Of a stretch of DNA of 64,000 bases, positions 12,001 to 25,384 are shown piece by piece. Under the pieces are notes generated by a model that made no database searches, was not told where the DNA came from, and saw only the letters and a program-made list of their open reading frames with translations. The stretch lies in NCBI GenBank assembly GCA_951406725.2, contig OX597821.1:97712001-97776000 (forward strand), given 5' to 3'. Position 1 is the first letter of the stretch. Each line of letters starts with the position of its first letter. Source of the stretch: Octopus vulgaris. Lineage: Eukaryota. A program made the position numbers and the translations under genes.

Positions 12001-13693
12001 ATTACAACAAAGGATTGGCTATAAGCCTCTCCAAGCGCTAGAAAAATAGATGCCAAAAAATGCTTATTACCACCTTAAAAACTCCGAAAAATATAACTTT
12101 TGGTTAAACATGTACAAAATCCCATCTCAAGCTTAAGGTAAAAAAAAATTATACCTACTGCTCTCTTCAGCAATCCATAGCATATATTTACGAGTATCTA
12201 CACATATGTATACGAGCAGCAACTTTGTACAGCAATATATATACACACTCGTAGATATATACAGTAAATTAGAGTTCTCATCTCTCTTTTCATCCATGTG
12301 TAGTATATCAAAACAACTCTGCAGTGAGTGCAGTTTTGATCAAGGAGTAAATTTTCCCAATATTAATTATAATAAAGAGTGAAAATAATTAATGATTTTA
12401 CCAAGGGGTCAGCATGGAAATTAAAACCTTATAGGTAAATTTTACAAATATTTTAATAATTATATACATAACAAGAGATTCTTGTGGCAGGGTCTGTGGT
12501 TGTAGTCCATCATCATTTTAAATTGTACCATTTTTTCAGTGTTCTGCTGGGTAATAATCTGAAGTGACTGACAAAAATATCAATAATTTTCTAGGTCATT
12601 CAATTTTTCTCAACTGATCAATAGGCTGATTGAGTAAATCCTATCAGTTACAAACTTATAATGACTGCTGCAAACAGCTGTAAGTCAAATTTACTACAGT
12701 AAAGTAATATATAATGACCATTATGTATGCCTTGTCTCATATATCTCACACAATAAAACAGTTTGTGTATGTGTGTGTGCACATATGTTCCTTATGGAAT
12801 CAGTTGCCAATTTTGATATACGAGATATCAAAAGATTCAGTAATCTTTCAGTTACCAAATAAAATATGTTCTTTGCACAAAAATTCTTTTTTACTACAAA
12901 AATAACCTCGAAAACAAGGTTGGGGCACACAATTTCAAGGTCTTTAGCTAAGGGAAGCAACTGTGTGTGTGTATGTGTTTTGCTGTAGTGAAAAAAATAC
13001 TTTTTCTCAACTTCAAATTACAATTTTTAATTGTTGATAGTCAAGTAAACTGATATGCACATATAATGTTATCATATAAAGTGGAAGTTCAAAATAAAGT
13101 TTTGAACTCGTTATCTTGTGGTTATTAACCTATTACCTTAAATTCAAAGCCATTAAGTCTTTAAACATTATTTCACTTGGTTTAGTCTTTCAACTCTCAC
13201 CATGATGTGGTATCACCTTCAAAAATTGAATTGATCATACTGACCTCAGTATGTATTTCAATCTGGCATTTATTTTATAGATTTCTGCTTGATGAACTGC
13301 AAACTTCGAGAAATAGTGGGACACAATCCTTGATTTAACAATAAATGTAAACACACACACACACACACATTAGGTGCAAGAATGGCTGTGTGGTTGAGAA
13401 GGTAGCTTCCCAACCACATGGTTCCATGTTCAGTTCCTCTGCATGGTACCATGGGCAAGTGTTTTCTACTATAGCGCTAGGCCAACCACAGACTTGTGAC
13501 TGAATTTGGTAGACAGAAACTGCAGTATTGTTCATAAGAAAATGACCAAAAACCATGTTTATAAAGAAGAGCTGTTTGCTTCAGAGTCCTCGTATGCTGA
13601 TTCTGCCCATAAAAAAGGAACAAATAATATAATGTAGCTGTAGGTCATAACACCACTGGGGTGCATTACTAGTGTGTGTGTGTGTATATATAT

Positions 13694-14058
13694 AAAAAGC
13701 ACCATCTGAACATGGCTGATGCCAGCGCCGCCTTGAGTGGCTTCTGTGCTGGTGGCACGCAAAAAGCACCATCCGAACGTGGCCGATGCCAGTGCTGCCG
13801 TGACTGACTTCCGTGCCAGTGGCACTTTAAAAGCACCAACCGATCGTGGACACTGCCAGACTCCCCTGGCACGTAAAAAGCACCCACTACACTCACGGAG
13901 TGATTGGTGTTAGGAAGGGCATCCAGCTGTTGAAACACTGCCAGAGCAGACTGGAGCCTGGTGCAGCCTCCTGGCTTCCCAGATCCCCGGTCGAACCATC
14001 CAACCCATGCTAGTGCGGAAAACAGACGTTAAACGATGATGATGATGATGATAATGAT
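13694..14058 (+). mobile_element. RTE 3'-UTR fragment
   Basis: Matches the 20673 UTR in reverse and ends gttaaacgatgatgatg. Confidence 0.85.
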
Positions 14059-14069
14059 GATATATATAT

Positions 14070-14229
14070 AGTTAATCCAAACATGAAAACACAAAGGGAA
14101 AAAAGAAAGAAAGAAGGAGGATTTAACGTTTTGAGCGGAGCTCTTTGTCAGAAACATAGAAAAAGGAAAGGTCCAAGGAAGGGAAGACGGAGAAAAAAAA
14201 TCGCCAACGATACACATGCGGTCACATAT
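14070..14229 (-). mobile_element. Hammerhead family-2 element, internally deleted, core mutated
   Basis: Same ends as the 16640 copy. The core reads CTGACAA...AAAAC on the - strand. Confidence 0.7.
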
Positions 14230-14251
14230 TGAATCAATATGAATATATCAT

Positions 14252-14306
<55 letters not shown>

Positions 14307-14338
14307 GTGCACAGGCATGGCTATGTACTAAGACATAG

Positions 14339-14760
14339 GTGCAGGTGTGGCTGTGTGGTAAGAAGCTTGCTTCCCAACCACATAGTTCTGGGTTCAGTCC
14401 CACTGCATAGCACCTTAGGCAAGTGTCTTCTACAATAGCCTTGTGCTCACCAGAGCCTTGTGAGAGGAATTGGTAGACAGAAACTGAAAGAAATGTGTGT
14501 GTGTGTGTGTGTGTGCATGTGTATGTATCTGTGTGTGTTTGTGTCTGTCCCCAACCACTTTTTGACAACTGGTGTTGGTTTGTTTATGTCTTCATTACTT
14601 AGTGGTTTGGCATAAGAGACCTATAGAATAAGTACCAGGCTTAAAAAACATAAATGGAGGGAGAAGATTCTTTTAACTAAAACTCTTCAATGCTGTGCCC
14701 CCAACATGGCCACAGTGAAATGACTGAAACAAGTAAAAGATAAAAGATAAGATAAGAATA
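14339..14760 (+). mobile_element. SINE family A, older subfamily
   Basis: Diverged head and body, (ATAAAAG)n tail. Confidence 0.8.
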
Positions 14761-15003
14761 AAACAAAATATTTATCGGCTGATTGCAGCTACCGCTGGTT
14801 TGGTGAGGTGGTCACATGGATCACAAGAAGAAGCTTCTAAAGTTGTGGGTCAAAAGAATGCAGAGTGTGTGTGGGCAGGAGAGACATTCTTTGGTAACAT
14901 CTATGTTTCTCAGTAATACTAAAGCTGCCAGAATTGTTGTGATCTCCAGTCAACAGCTGTGCAAAGTGTATGTAATATACATTTATATATGTCTTTGTTT
15001 GAG

Positions 15004-15380
<377 letters not shown>

Positions 15381-16084
15381 CCTCTCCATCAAACTACCTG
15401 TCTACCCACCATCTCACACACTACCTTACTTACATGCTTACTTACCCACTTCTCACCTCCCCTCCACAACCCTCTCTCTCTTTCTCTCTCTCTTTTTTCT
15501 GTGTTGAGAGATGAAGTAATTTACCAAAGAAACTAGATCAAGTTAATATGTAAATAGTAGAACTAATGCTTGGTGGGTTGTGGTGATAGTGGTGGCACTT
15601 TGGTTGTGGTGGTGGTGGTGATGGTAGTGGTATTACTGGAGATAAAGAGAGGGATGAGTTCCGACCCTCTCCCCCGCCTGCCGCACCATGCCTGTAAAAA
15701 GAAAGAGAATCCCTGTCCCCTACATTCCAGAAGTGCTAACTATAACATTCCATGTGTTCTGTAAAGTAAAGAGTTACATTGTGTAGGATGGACCATGGTG
15801 ACAAGGAGGAGGGGGTGATGGAGAGGTTATGCACGTACATTTTGCTGCTGGTCTGGTCAGAATTCTTAAACTCTCCCTCCTCTTATCCAAGCCAACCCAA
15901 CCTACTGCACTTGACTGTTTTGGCTATTTTTGATGGTGGTCATGGTTGTGGCGGAAAGGAGTTCTACATTTAAGATGTTTGTCGGGCTTCTTTGTAGTAA
16001 AATGGTAAAATTTTTGTGTAAACACTTGTGTCAACAGTGTGTGTATGCTTGTGTATATGTTTACATGATTTTGTTTGTGTTTGT

Positions 16085-16115
<31 letters not shown>

Positions 16116-16639
16116 AGATCATCGTTGTTTATATGTCCACTTTTCCATGCTTGCATGGATCAGGTGGACGTCAGTCAGGCAAATTTTCTATAGTTTGATG
16201 CCCTTCCTGCCATCAATCCTCCCCTATTTCCAGGCAAGATAATGTTTCCCCATATCCAGATATGTTTATCTCGAATATTCTACTCACTATCATTTGATGT
16301 CAAGACAAGGAGATAAAAGCATAGACACTTCTACATGGCTACACTCACACACACACACACACTCGTAAATGTATACATATCTTTTATCTTTTACTTGTTT
16401 CAGTCATCAGACTGTGGCCATACTTTGGCACCGCTTTGAAGAATTGTTAGTCAAATGAATCAACCCAAGTACTTATGTTTTTTTTTAAAATCCAGCACTT
16501 ATTTTATTATTCTCTTATGCTGAATTGCTAAGTTATAAGGATGCAGACACACCAATACTGGTTGTCAAGCAATGCAGGGTACTAATACAGACACACACTT
16601 ACACATACACACACACATTATATATATATATATATATAC

Positions 16640-16836
16640 AGTTAATCCAAACATGAAAGCACAAAAAAAACACAACGCGAGGACGTTGAACAAATATAGT
16701 ATTATTGGAAGCTCAGGAAAGAAGGAGGGTTTAATGTTTCGAGCAGAGCTCTTCGTCGGAAACATAGAAGGAAAGATCCAGAGAATGGAAGACAAAGGAA
16801 AAAAATCGCCAACGGTACACACGAGGTCACATTTTG
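16640..16836 (-). mobile_element. Hammerhead family-2 element nested in the internal (TA)n of a SINE-A copy (about 16380-16990, -)
   Basis: agttaatccaaac...tttcgagcagagctcttcgtcggaaacatag...ggtcacatttt is flanked by TA repeats, and SINE sequence continues on both sides. Confidence 0.75.
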
Positions 16837-17389
16837 TATATATATATACAACTGGCTTCTTTCAGTTTCAGTCTACCAGTTCCACTCAAGGTTTTAGTTG
16901 GCACAAGGCTATAGTAGAAGAGACTTTGCCTGCGGGACTGAACCTTGAACCATGTTGTTGGGAAACAAGGCTCTTACCACACAGCCATATGATAGGTTTC
17001 TTTCAGTTCCTCTCTATCATATCTATTCTCAAGAGTTTAGTCAACCTGTGACTATAGCAGATGATATTTTCCCAAGGTGCCATGCTGTGGGATTGAACAT
17101 GAACCAATGCAATTGGGAAACAAACTTCCTAAATACACAGCTATGCCTGCTCCAACATATAATTTTTAATATAAAATTTTCACTGTTCTTGGTTCTGTTT
17201 ATGGCTTGTGCTCTCAGCTGAGTATATATCTGCAATTGATGTAGCAGATATTTTAAATTTTGTCTTTGGTAAACCTAATTAACAAAGACTAACCAGATTT
17301 ATAATAACAAACATTCTGGAAAGTCCGAAACTCGAGCACTAGGTTATCCATTTTCTCTAGCATTCTCCCAGAGGTAAGACAAAACTTTA

Positions 17390-17659
17390 TTATCATCATC
17401 ATCATCGTTTAACATCCGTTTTCCATGCTAGCATGGGTTGGACGGTGCAACTGGGGTCTGGGAAGCCAGAAGGCTGCACCAGGCCCAGTCTGATCTGGCA
17501 ATGTTTCTACGGCTGGATGCCCTTCCTAACGCCAACCACTCCGTGAGTGTAGAGGGTGTTTTTTATGTGCCACCGGCACAGGTGCCAGACGAGGCTGGCA
17601 AACGGCCACAATCAGATGGTCCTTTTTATGTGCCACCGGTACGGAGGCCAGGCAAGGCT

Positions 17660-17662
<3 letters not shown>
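17390..17662 (-). mobile_element. RTE 3'-UTR fragment
   Basis: (CAT)n cgtttaacatccgttttccatgctagc... Confidence 0.85.
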
Positions 17663-17721
<59 letters not shown>

Positions 17722-19347
17722 CACACATGCATATACACACACATTTTTAAGCATGTATATATGTATATACATAGCATCATCAGCATAATTTTGCATCTGC
17801 TTTCCATGCTGGCATGGAACCCATTTCAACCCAAATCATTTCTTATTGAGAACCATTTCTCCCATAGACTGGAGCTTGTATATGTCATTTTGGCTAGGTT
17901 TCTATGGTTAAGTATTCTTTCTGGAACTAACCATTTCATGAAGTCTAATGAATATATTTTGTCATAGCACCAACGCTAGAGGAGTTGACAAGTCCTCGGT
18001 GAGATTGAAATAAAGAAATCATTTAACCTTACATTTTCTCTAACTCATTTGTCATCCACCTTTTGGTTTGTGCTAGGTGTATTATTTCAGGCACCAACAC
18101 CAAGGAGGTTATCAGGTCCTTGGTTAGACTAGTCTGTACTTCTGCTTGCTCACCAAGTCACTCATGAGGGTATGCAAAAAGGAAAGGCCTTTCATTTTAG
18201 CACCAGCTTATGCAAGAAGGTACCTTGTAATCTCTTAGTGTAGAAAATACTCAGTAAACTGAGATGTGTATTTTTGCTCAAGTAATGCAATCAAGGAGGG
18301 GAACAGCAATTGACCAGAATAGGTCGATAAAAGGAGCAAGAGTAGGGTGGTAGAGATAGAGTTATTGAAGTGGTGATGAGAGGAGAGTGATGGGTAATGG
18401 CAGAGGTGACTAGGCAATGGGTGATAATAGACATGATCCAGAGGTGAAAGAGGGTGATGGATGGCAGTACAGAAAGAGTGAAAATAGAATGTATTGAGTA
18501 CAAAGGGTTCAATGTTGTCTCTTATATAGAGCTCTTGAGTGATGAGGATGATCCTGTGCAATTTCTTATACATAGGCTTTGTGAGAGAGGGTTGGTAGTG
18601 TGATGAGGATGGAAGTAGAGTTACCAGTCAATGTTTTCTCAAATGGTTTTGCTGTAGGTGTGCAAAGAAATTTTGAATTGTGTTCAAATTTTTCATCTTT
18701 TTTTGCAAAATATGTGAAATCCATTTGAGAAATTATTCCTTAAATTCCTTCAGTTAAAACTATCTGATTTCATTTCAAAACATTGTGTGTGCACCTTTCC
18801 TAGTTGTAAAATGTGTGTGTACACACTTGCATGTGACTTAGAAGGAACACTGGTTACAGTGTCCTAACAGCAAACAACTGGTGCAAGTAGTTTATTTCAT
18901 GCTTCAACAATTCTGAGCATGAAAAATGTTTCAATAAGTCATGGGTGTTGTGCTGATTTTTTGATTTTTATAAGCAATTGCTGCCTCGAGATATTTTTGT
19001 GAACAAAAGAGATTGACAGTTTACAGCAGTGTTTACTGTAAAGATATGCTTTCATTATTTTCATTATAACTGAAAGGACTTTATGCAAAACTTGTTTCCA
19101 GCTACAGTGGCTCTACTCCCTTGTCTGTGCTCTGGCTAAGAGACCATACCAAAGTTAAAAAGTATGATTAGAACCAAATGTCCTGCTTTGCTAATGAGAT
19201 CTGGTGGCCTTATGTGAAAAAAGAATATTTAAGTATTCTTGCTGATATTTGTGCTAAGGTAGTTGTCCAAACCAAGACCACATGAAAATTTCTACAATAA
19301 TAACAGTAAAAGGGTAGTTTCTATCTGCCTGTCTATCTATCAATCTA

Positions 19348-20647
19348 TTAGGTTGTCGAGTAGGAAATTTATAGTAAGGTATATGGTAAATCGTGGCAGC
19401 TGCTCATTTTGCGCCATTATTATATTTTGACAATCTTTAATTTTTTTTTTAAGCTGACACATCTATTTCTTTATTCTAACTCATTTTGTGCATTATAGTG
19501 TATTTATAAATCATTTTTTTGCTGTTTTTGTTTAGATATGGATAAGTCGGAAATTCGTATAGTTTTGAAATATAAGTTCCTTCTTGGAAATACATCACAG
19601 ACAGCTCAGAGTATTAATGGAGTATTTCATTTTAATGTTATTACACAGCAGACAGTATCAAATTGGTTTGCAAAATTTCGTTCTGGTAACTTTGACCTCA
19701 CAAATGAGTAATGTGGTTGCCCAGAAACAAAGGTGGATAATGACGAACTGAAAGCCACCATCGAGTCAGATCCATCTCAAAGTGCCTGTGAATTATCGTT
19801 GTTGTTTGGTGTTAGCAAGCAAACAATACTGACTCACCTAGTTCAAATTGGTAAAGTGAAAAAGTTGGATAAGTGGGTTCCACATGAACTCAATGAAAGC
19901 CAGAAACAGCAATATTTGGGAACCTGCATTATGCTACTTTTTTGTCACAAAAATGTATCATTTTTGAATTGAATTGTAACATATGATGAGAAATGGATCC
20001 AATACAACAATCGTATATGTTCAGCACAATGGCTGGACAAAGATGAGCCACCAAAACACAGTCCAAAAGCAAAATTCATCAAAAGAAGCTGATGGTGTGT
20101 GTTTGGTAATCTGGTGCAGGTGTGATCCATTATGACTTCATTAAACCTGGCTTATCAATCATGGCTGAAGTACACTGCAGCCAGCTGGACCAAATGATGC
20201 AGAAACTTACCAAAAAACAACCTAGATTAGTCAACAGATCCACTTCTATTTAATTGCAAGACAACGCCAAACTACACATTGCAAAAATGACATTGGCAGC
20301 CCAGAACTGTAAAAGCCTGGCAATCTAGAATCACTAAAACCTTGGAAGGCCTGTTTTACAGCATCGTCAGAATCAAATTATTTTCCTATCAAAAACTTAT
20401 CCAAATTCTGGAAGAAGTGGTAGTCAGTGGGGGCAAGATCAGGTGAGTATGGTGGATGATGGAGAACTTCCAACTCCAACTCCTGTAGTTTTGCCAATAT
20501 CATTTTTGCGATGTGTGGTTTGGCTGAAATGGCAAAAGTGTATTGACAATATGGGTGCATACTTTGATGAATAAAACTATTCCTTGTATTTATAAAACAT
20601 TAGCAAACTTTTTTTTCTTTTCTACATATTCATACTTGATGACCTAA
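19348..20647 (+). mobile_element. Full-length (1.3 kb) inactive mariner transposon with an internal inversion
   Basis: TA-flanked TIRs TTAGGTTGTCGAGTAGGAAAT and TTAGGTCATCAAGTATGAATAT (reverse complement). Transposase from ATG 19538 with WVPHEL, IVTYDEKW, QDNA, YSPDLAPTDY (inverted) and WQKCIDNMGAYFDE*. Confidence 0.92.
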
Positions 20648-20672
20648 TATCTATCTATCTATCTATCTATCT

Positions 20673-23123
20673 ATCATCATCATCATCATCATCATCATCA
20701 TCGTTTAACGTCCGTTTTCCGCGCTAGCACGGGTTGGACGGTTCGACCGGGGTCTGGGAAGCCAGGGGCCGCTCCAGGCTCCAGTCTGATCTGGCAGAGT
20801 TTCTACGGCTGGATGCCCTTCCTAACGCCAACCACTCCGCGAGTGGAGTGGGTGCTTTTTACGTGCCACCTGCACAGGGGCCGGGGGGGTCCGGCATCGG
20901 TCACGATCGGTTCGAGCTTTTAATGTGCCAGCGGCACGGGAGCCAGCCAAGGCGGTGCTGGCAACGTTCCGATGGTCTTACCAGCACAGAGGCCAGTCGG
21001 GGCAGCACTGGCATCGGCCACGTTCGGATAGTACTTTTTATGTGCCACCGGTACAGGCATCATAACTCCTATTTCCATTGATATTTATTTTGACGTTCAT
21101 GTTCATGTACTTGACTCAACAGGTCTCCTCAGGCACAGCAGGACGATCTGGGATCCGGGGTACTTTGAATGGGCAGGGGCTATGTGGAACTGATGCAGGA
21201 AGCAGCCCGGGTCTTTGCAGTCACAGCATATCTCCAGAGATCTCGGTCCTTCGCCATTGTCTCAGTGAGGCCCAAGGCTCTGAGGTCATGCTTGACTACC
21301 TCATCCCATGTCTTCCTGGGTCTACCTCTCCCCCTGATACCTTCAACTGTTTGGGAGTGGCACTTCTTCACACATCTCTCTTCATCCATCCGCAGCACAT
21401 GACCATACCATCGCAAGCGTCGCTCTTGCACACCACATCTGATGCTTCTTATATCCAGCATTTCTCTCAGGATGCTTACACTCTGTCGTGCATGCACACT
21501 GACACTACACATCCAGCGGATCATGCTAGCTTCATTTCTTTCAAGTCTACGCATGTCCTCTGCAGTCACAGCCCATGTTTCATTACTGTGAAGCATGGCA
21601 GTTCACACACATGCATCATACAATCTACCTTTCGCTCTGAGGGAGAGACCCTTTGTCGCCAGTAGGGGTAGGAGCTTTCTGAACTTTGCCCAGGCTATTC
21701 GTATTCTAGTGGTGATACTCTCTGTGCATCCACCTCCGCTACTAACTTGGTCACCCAGGTAGCGGAAACTATCAACTACTTCTAGTTTCTCTCCCTGGAG
21801 TGTGATGGAATCTGTTTTCTGAGTGTCTGTTGTGTCTATTGCCCCTATGCATCTGCCGCACATGAAAGCTATCTTATCTGTTAATTTCCCTTTAATGTTG
21901 CTGCACCTCTTATGCGTCCATAGCTTACATTGGGTGCATCTTATGGAGTTTCTACCTGTACCTTTCCTACAGATTGAGCAGGGCCACCTACCCGAGGGGG
22001 TGTGTGCTGAGTACGCCTTGCTGCTTACTATTACTTTGGTTTTTGCTACATTTACTCTAAGGCCCTTTGATTCTAACCCTTGCTTCCACACCCGAAATTT
22101 CTTTTCTAGTTCCGGTAGTGATTCTGCTATGAGAGCTAGGTCATCAGCATAGAGGAGCTCCCAGGGGCATCCCGTTTTGAATTCCTCTGTTATTGCCTGG
22201 AGGACTATGATGAATAAAAGGGGACTGAGGGCTGAGCCCTGGTGCACACCTACTTCTACCTGGAATTCTTCACTATATTCGTTGCCAATCCTAACCTTGC
22301 TGACAGCCTCTCTGTATAGAGCCTGTACAGCCCTTATTAGCCATTCGTCAATCTCCAGTTTCCGCATCGACCACCAGATAAGGGAACGGGGAACCCTGTC
22401 AAAGGCTTTCTCCAAGTCCACAAAAGCTATGTAGAGGGGTTTATCTTTAGCTAGGTACTTCTCCTGCAGTTGTCGGACCAGGAATATAGCATCAGTGGTG
22501 CTTCTACCTGGTACAAAACCAAACTGCATTTCATCTAAGCAAATTCTCTCCCTAATGAGATGGGTTATGACCCTCTCTGAGACCTTCATCACCTGGTCCA
22601 ACAGTTTGATACCCCTGTAGTTATTTCTATCTAGAGCATCACCCTTACCCTTGTAGCAGTTGACTATGGTGCTGCTGCGCCAGTCATTGGGTATGACTCC
22701 ATTGTGAACTACCTGGTTTACAATGCGGGTAACTATGCCATAGCCCACATAGCCAGCTGTTTTAAGCATCTCAGCAGTGATTCCTGATGGGCCGGGGGCT
22801 TTACCTGGTTTCATATCCTTAATTGCCTTATCTACAAGGGAGCTGTCTATTCGGGTAGCTGGTCCCTCTACTGGGTCAACATTTGGCAGGCTCTCCTCCT
22901 CCCATTCATTCTCCTCGTTCAGCAGTCTTTCATAATGGCTTCTCCAAGCCTCTTTCTTTTCACTAACAGTAAAAGCAAGTGCCCCATCATCCATGCGGAC
23001 ACATTTCTCTCCTGTAACATCACTATTTTCTCTGACACACTGTCTGGCAATCCGAAATACCTCAGCTCTTTGGTCCTCGCGTCGCTGGACATTGGCAAAC
23101 TTCTTCTTTTCTGCTACATCTTC
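20673..23123 (-). mobile_element. 5'-truncated RTE-type non-LTR retrotransposon, young copy, (GAT)n tail
   Basis: RT motifs KAPGPSG, NYRGIKLL, QFGFVPGRSTTDAIF, AFVDLEKAFDRV, GVHQGSALSPLLF, LLYADD. C-terminal RLRWYGHVLR and RGRGRPRKTW. About 500-bp 3' UTR ending in (CAT)n on the + strand. Confidence 0.93.
21180..23120 (-). pseudogene. LINE ORF (RT, PHD finger, C-terminal region), one in-frame stop at 21603-21605, endonuclease domain lost by truncation
   Basis: Track ORFs 21603..22994 and 21180..21596 share a frame (YDACV*TAMLH). The frame also stays open upstream of 22994 to about 23120. Confidence 0.88.
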
Positions 23124-23605
23124 TATATATATATATATATGATAAAGAGTATAGAGACTTGTACATCCACAAAATTTATGTAGTTATATACAGCATATAA
23201 TGATATGTTGTATATAACTAAAAAATAAATTTTGTGGATGTACAAATCTCCATTTTATTATTAATAATATTAATATATACTCCAGACAATTTTTTCCATC
23301 CAATGAAGAAGGATACACGGGATTACCCATTGGAAGAATTTACAGAGCAACTAACAACTAATTGTAGTCACAGATATTAGATACTGATCATTGTGGTTAT
23401 CCTTTAACTGGAACTTAAATGAAAATGTTATTTGCCTGGATAATATATCGCTCCAAACTCTCTATTATCCACCCATGCCAGCATGGAAGGCAGACGTTAA
23501 ACGATGATGATGATATAGATATATAAATGTAAGATCCAAGGATTGAGGTGTAGCTTGGATTGTATCTACTCCATTCCTTAACTCTTCGATATATAAATAT
23601 ATATA

Positions 23606-24010
23606 GGCGCAGGAGTGGCTGTGTGGTAAGTAGCTTGCTAACCAACCACATGGTTCCGGGTTCAGTCCCACTGCATGGCATCTTGGGCAAGTGTCTTCTG
23701 CTATAGCCCCGGGCCGACCAAAGCCTTGTGAGTGGATTTGGTAGACGGAAACTGAAAGAAGCCTATCGTATATATGTATATGTATGTATGTGTATGTGTT
23801 TGTGTCTGTGTTTGTCCCCCCTAGCATTGCTTGACAACCGATGCTGGTGTGTTTACGTCCCCTTCACTTAGCGGTTCGACAAAAGAGACCGATAAAATAA
23901 GTACTGGGCTTACAAAGAATAAGTCCCGGGTTTGAGTTGCTCGACTAAAGGTGGTGCTCCGGCATGGCTACAATCAAATGACTGAAACATATAAAAAAGA
24001 GAAAAAATGA
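23606..24010 (+). mobile_element. SINE family A
   Basis: Full-length match flanked by (TA)n. Confidence 0.9.
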
Positions 24011-24011
24011 G

Positions 24012-24065
<54 letters not shown>

Positions 24066-24245
24066 AGATGTAGATAGATATCCATACACATATACAACCC
24101 ATGTGAGTATGGAAAAACAGCTGTTCAATTATGATGATGGTGATGATGGCATTGTTGTCATTGTAATCATGTCATCATCATTGCTATCATTTAATCTGGA
24201 TTTTGTTTTTTTTAATTTTAACATCAGCTGAATGTGTGCGCGCGT

Positions 24246-24280
<35 letters not shown>

Positions 24281-24361
24281 AACCCTAACCCACACCATCT
24301 TCAAAAATTAGAATGCTAAATGTTGCTGCTACAACTCATGACGTGTGTATGTATGTATTAC

Positions 24362-24402
<41 letters not shown>

Positions 24403-25384
24403 AATGTGTGTATATGTGCACACACATTACAATTACCAGAATTACACAAGAATTTATCTTCCTCTAATATAATAGGATAATTATTTACTTATCTTTGATA
24501 ATTAACCCTATATGAATTGGTTAATTATAGATTACCATTGTAACATCTTCCCCCACCACTCTTGCTGTTCGTTCTTCAATTTCACTATCATTAGTACCAT
24601 CACAACCATTATCATCACCACCAACACTATCACCATCATTAGTATCACTACCATCACCACAGCCACCATAACTACTGCAGCCACTACTACCTCTACTACC
24701 ACCATTACTGCCACCTTTACTAATATTAATCTTTACCACTTCCTGCCCCACAGCCACACAATCACTCCAACACCCTTCTTTTCTCTTTTATCTCCTTTAC
24801 CCTTCCCCATTGCTTAGTCATTACCATTGGCACTTCTTCACTACCACCACCACCCCTTTCATCAACACTAACTGTCATAGTGATCATCTATATGGTTACT
24901 AAACAATGCTAGAAAGAGCAATCACATTTCCCTCAAATCGTACCACATATGCATGTACAGAAGCATGTGTACAAGCATACATGCATACATACATCATATA
25001 TATATATATACACACTCACACACACATACGTACGTGCGTGCATGCATGCATGCATGCATGCATACATACATACATACATACATTACAAACAAAACACACA
25101 CACACATACTTCAAAGTACTGACCTGTGGCAGGGACTAAAACACCACTCCTTATTCTTACAAACTAGCCAGCCTTACTACTAGCCTGTTGTTTACAGCTA
25201 CAACCACACACACATATACACACACATGCACACACACACACGCACACACACATGCAGACCTCCGCGCACACACACATCCACACTTACACACACATTCCCC
25301 CTCCTAACATTCCGCTGTCTTTGACTATACTACTCTTCTGTCTTTGAAAACATCTTTCTTCACCCTTTTTCCTTCCGGTCTTTC

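Noticed and set aside
21078-22434. Plus-strand ORFs of 195, 109 and 85 aa
   Set aside because: Antisense shadows of the LINE RT ORF.
24277-24291. CCCTAACCCTAACCC telomere-like motif
   Set aside because: Only about 2.5 units beside a (CA)n tract, not significant.
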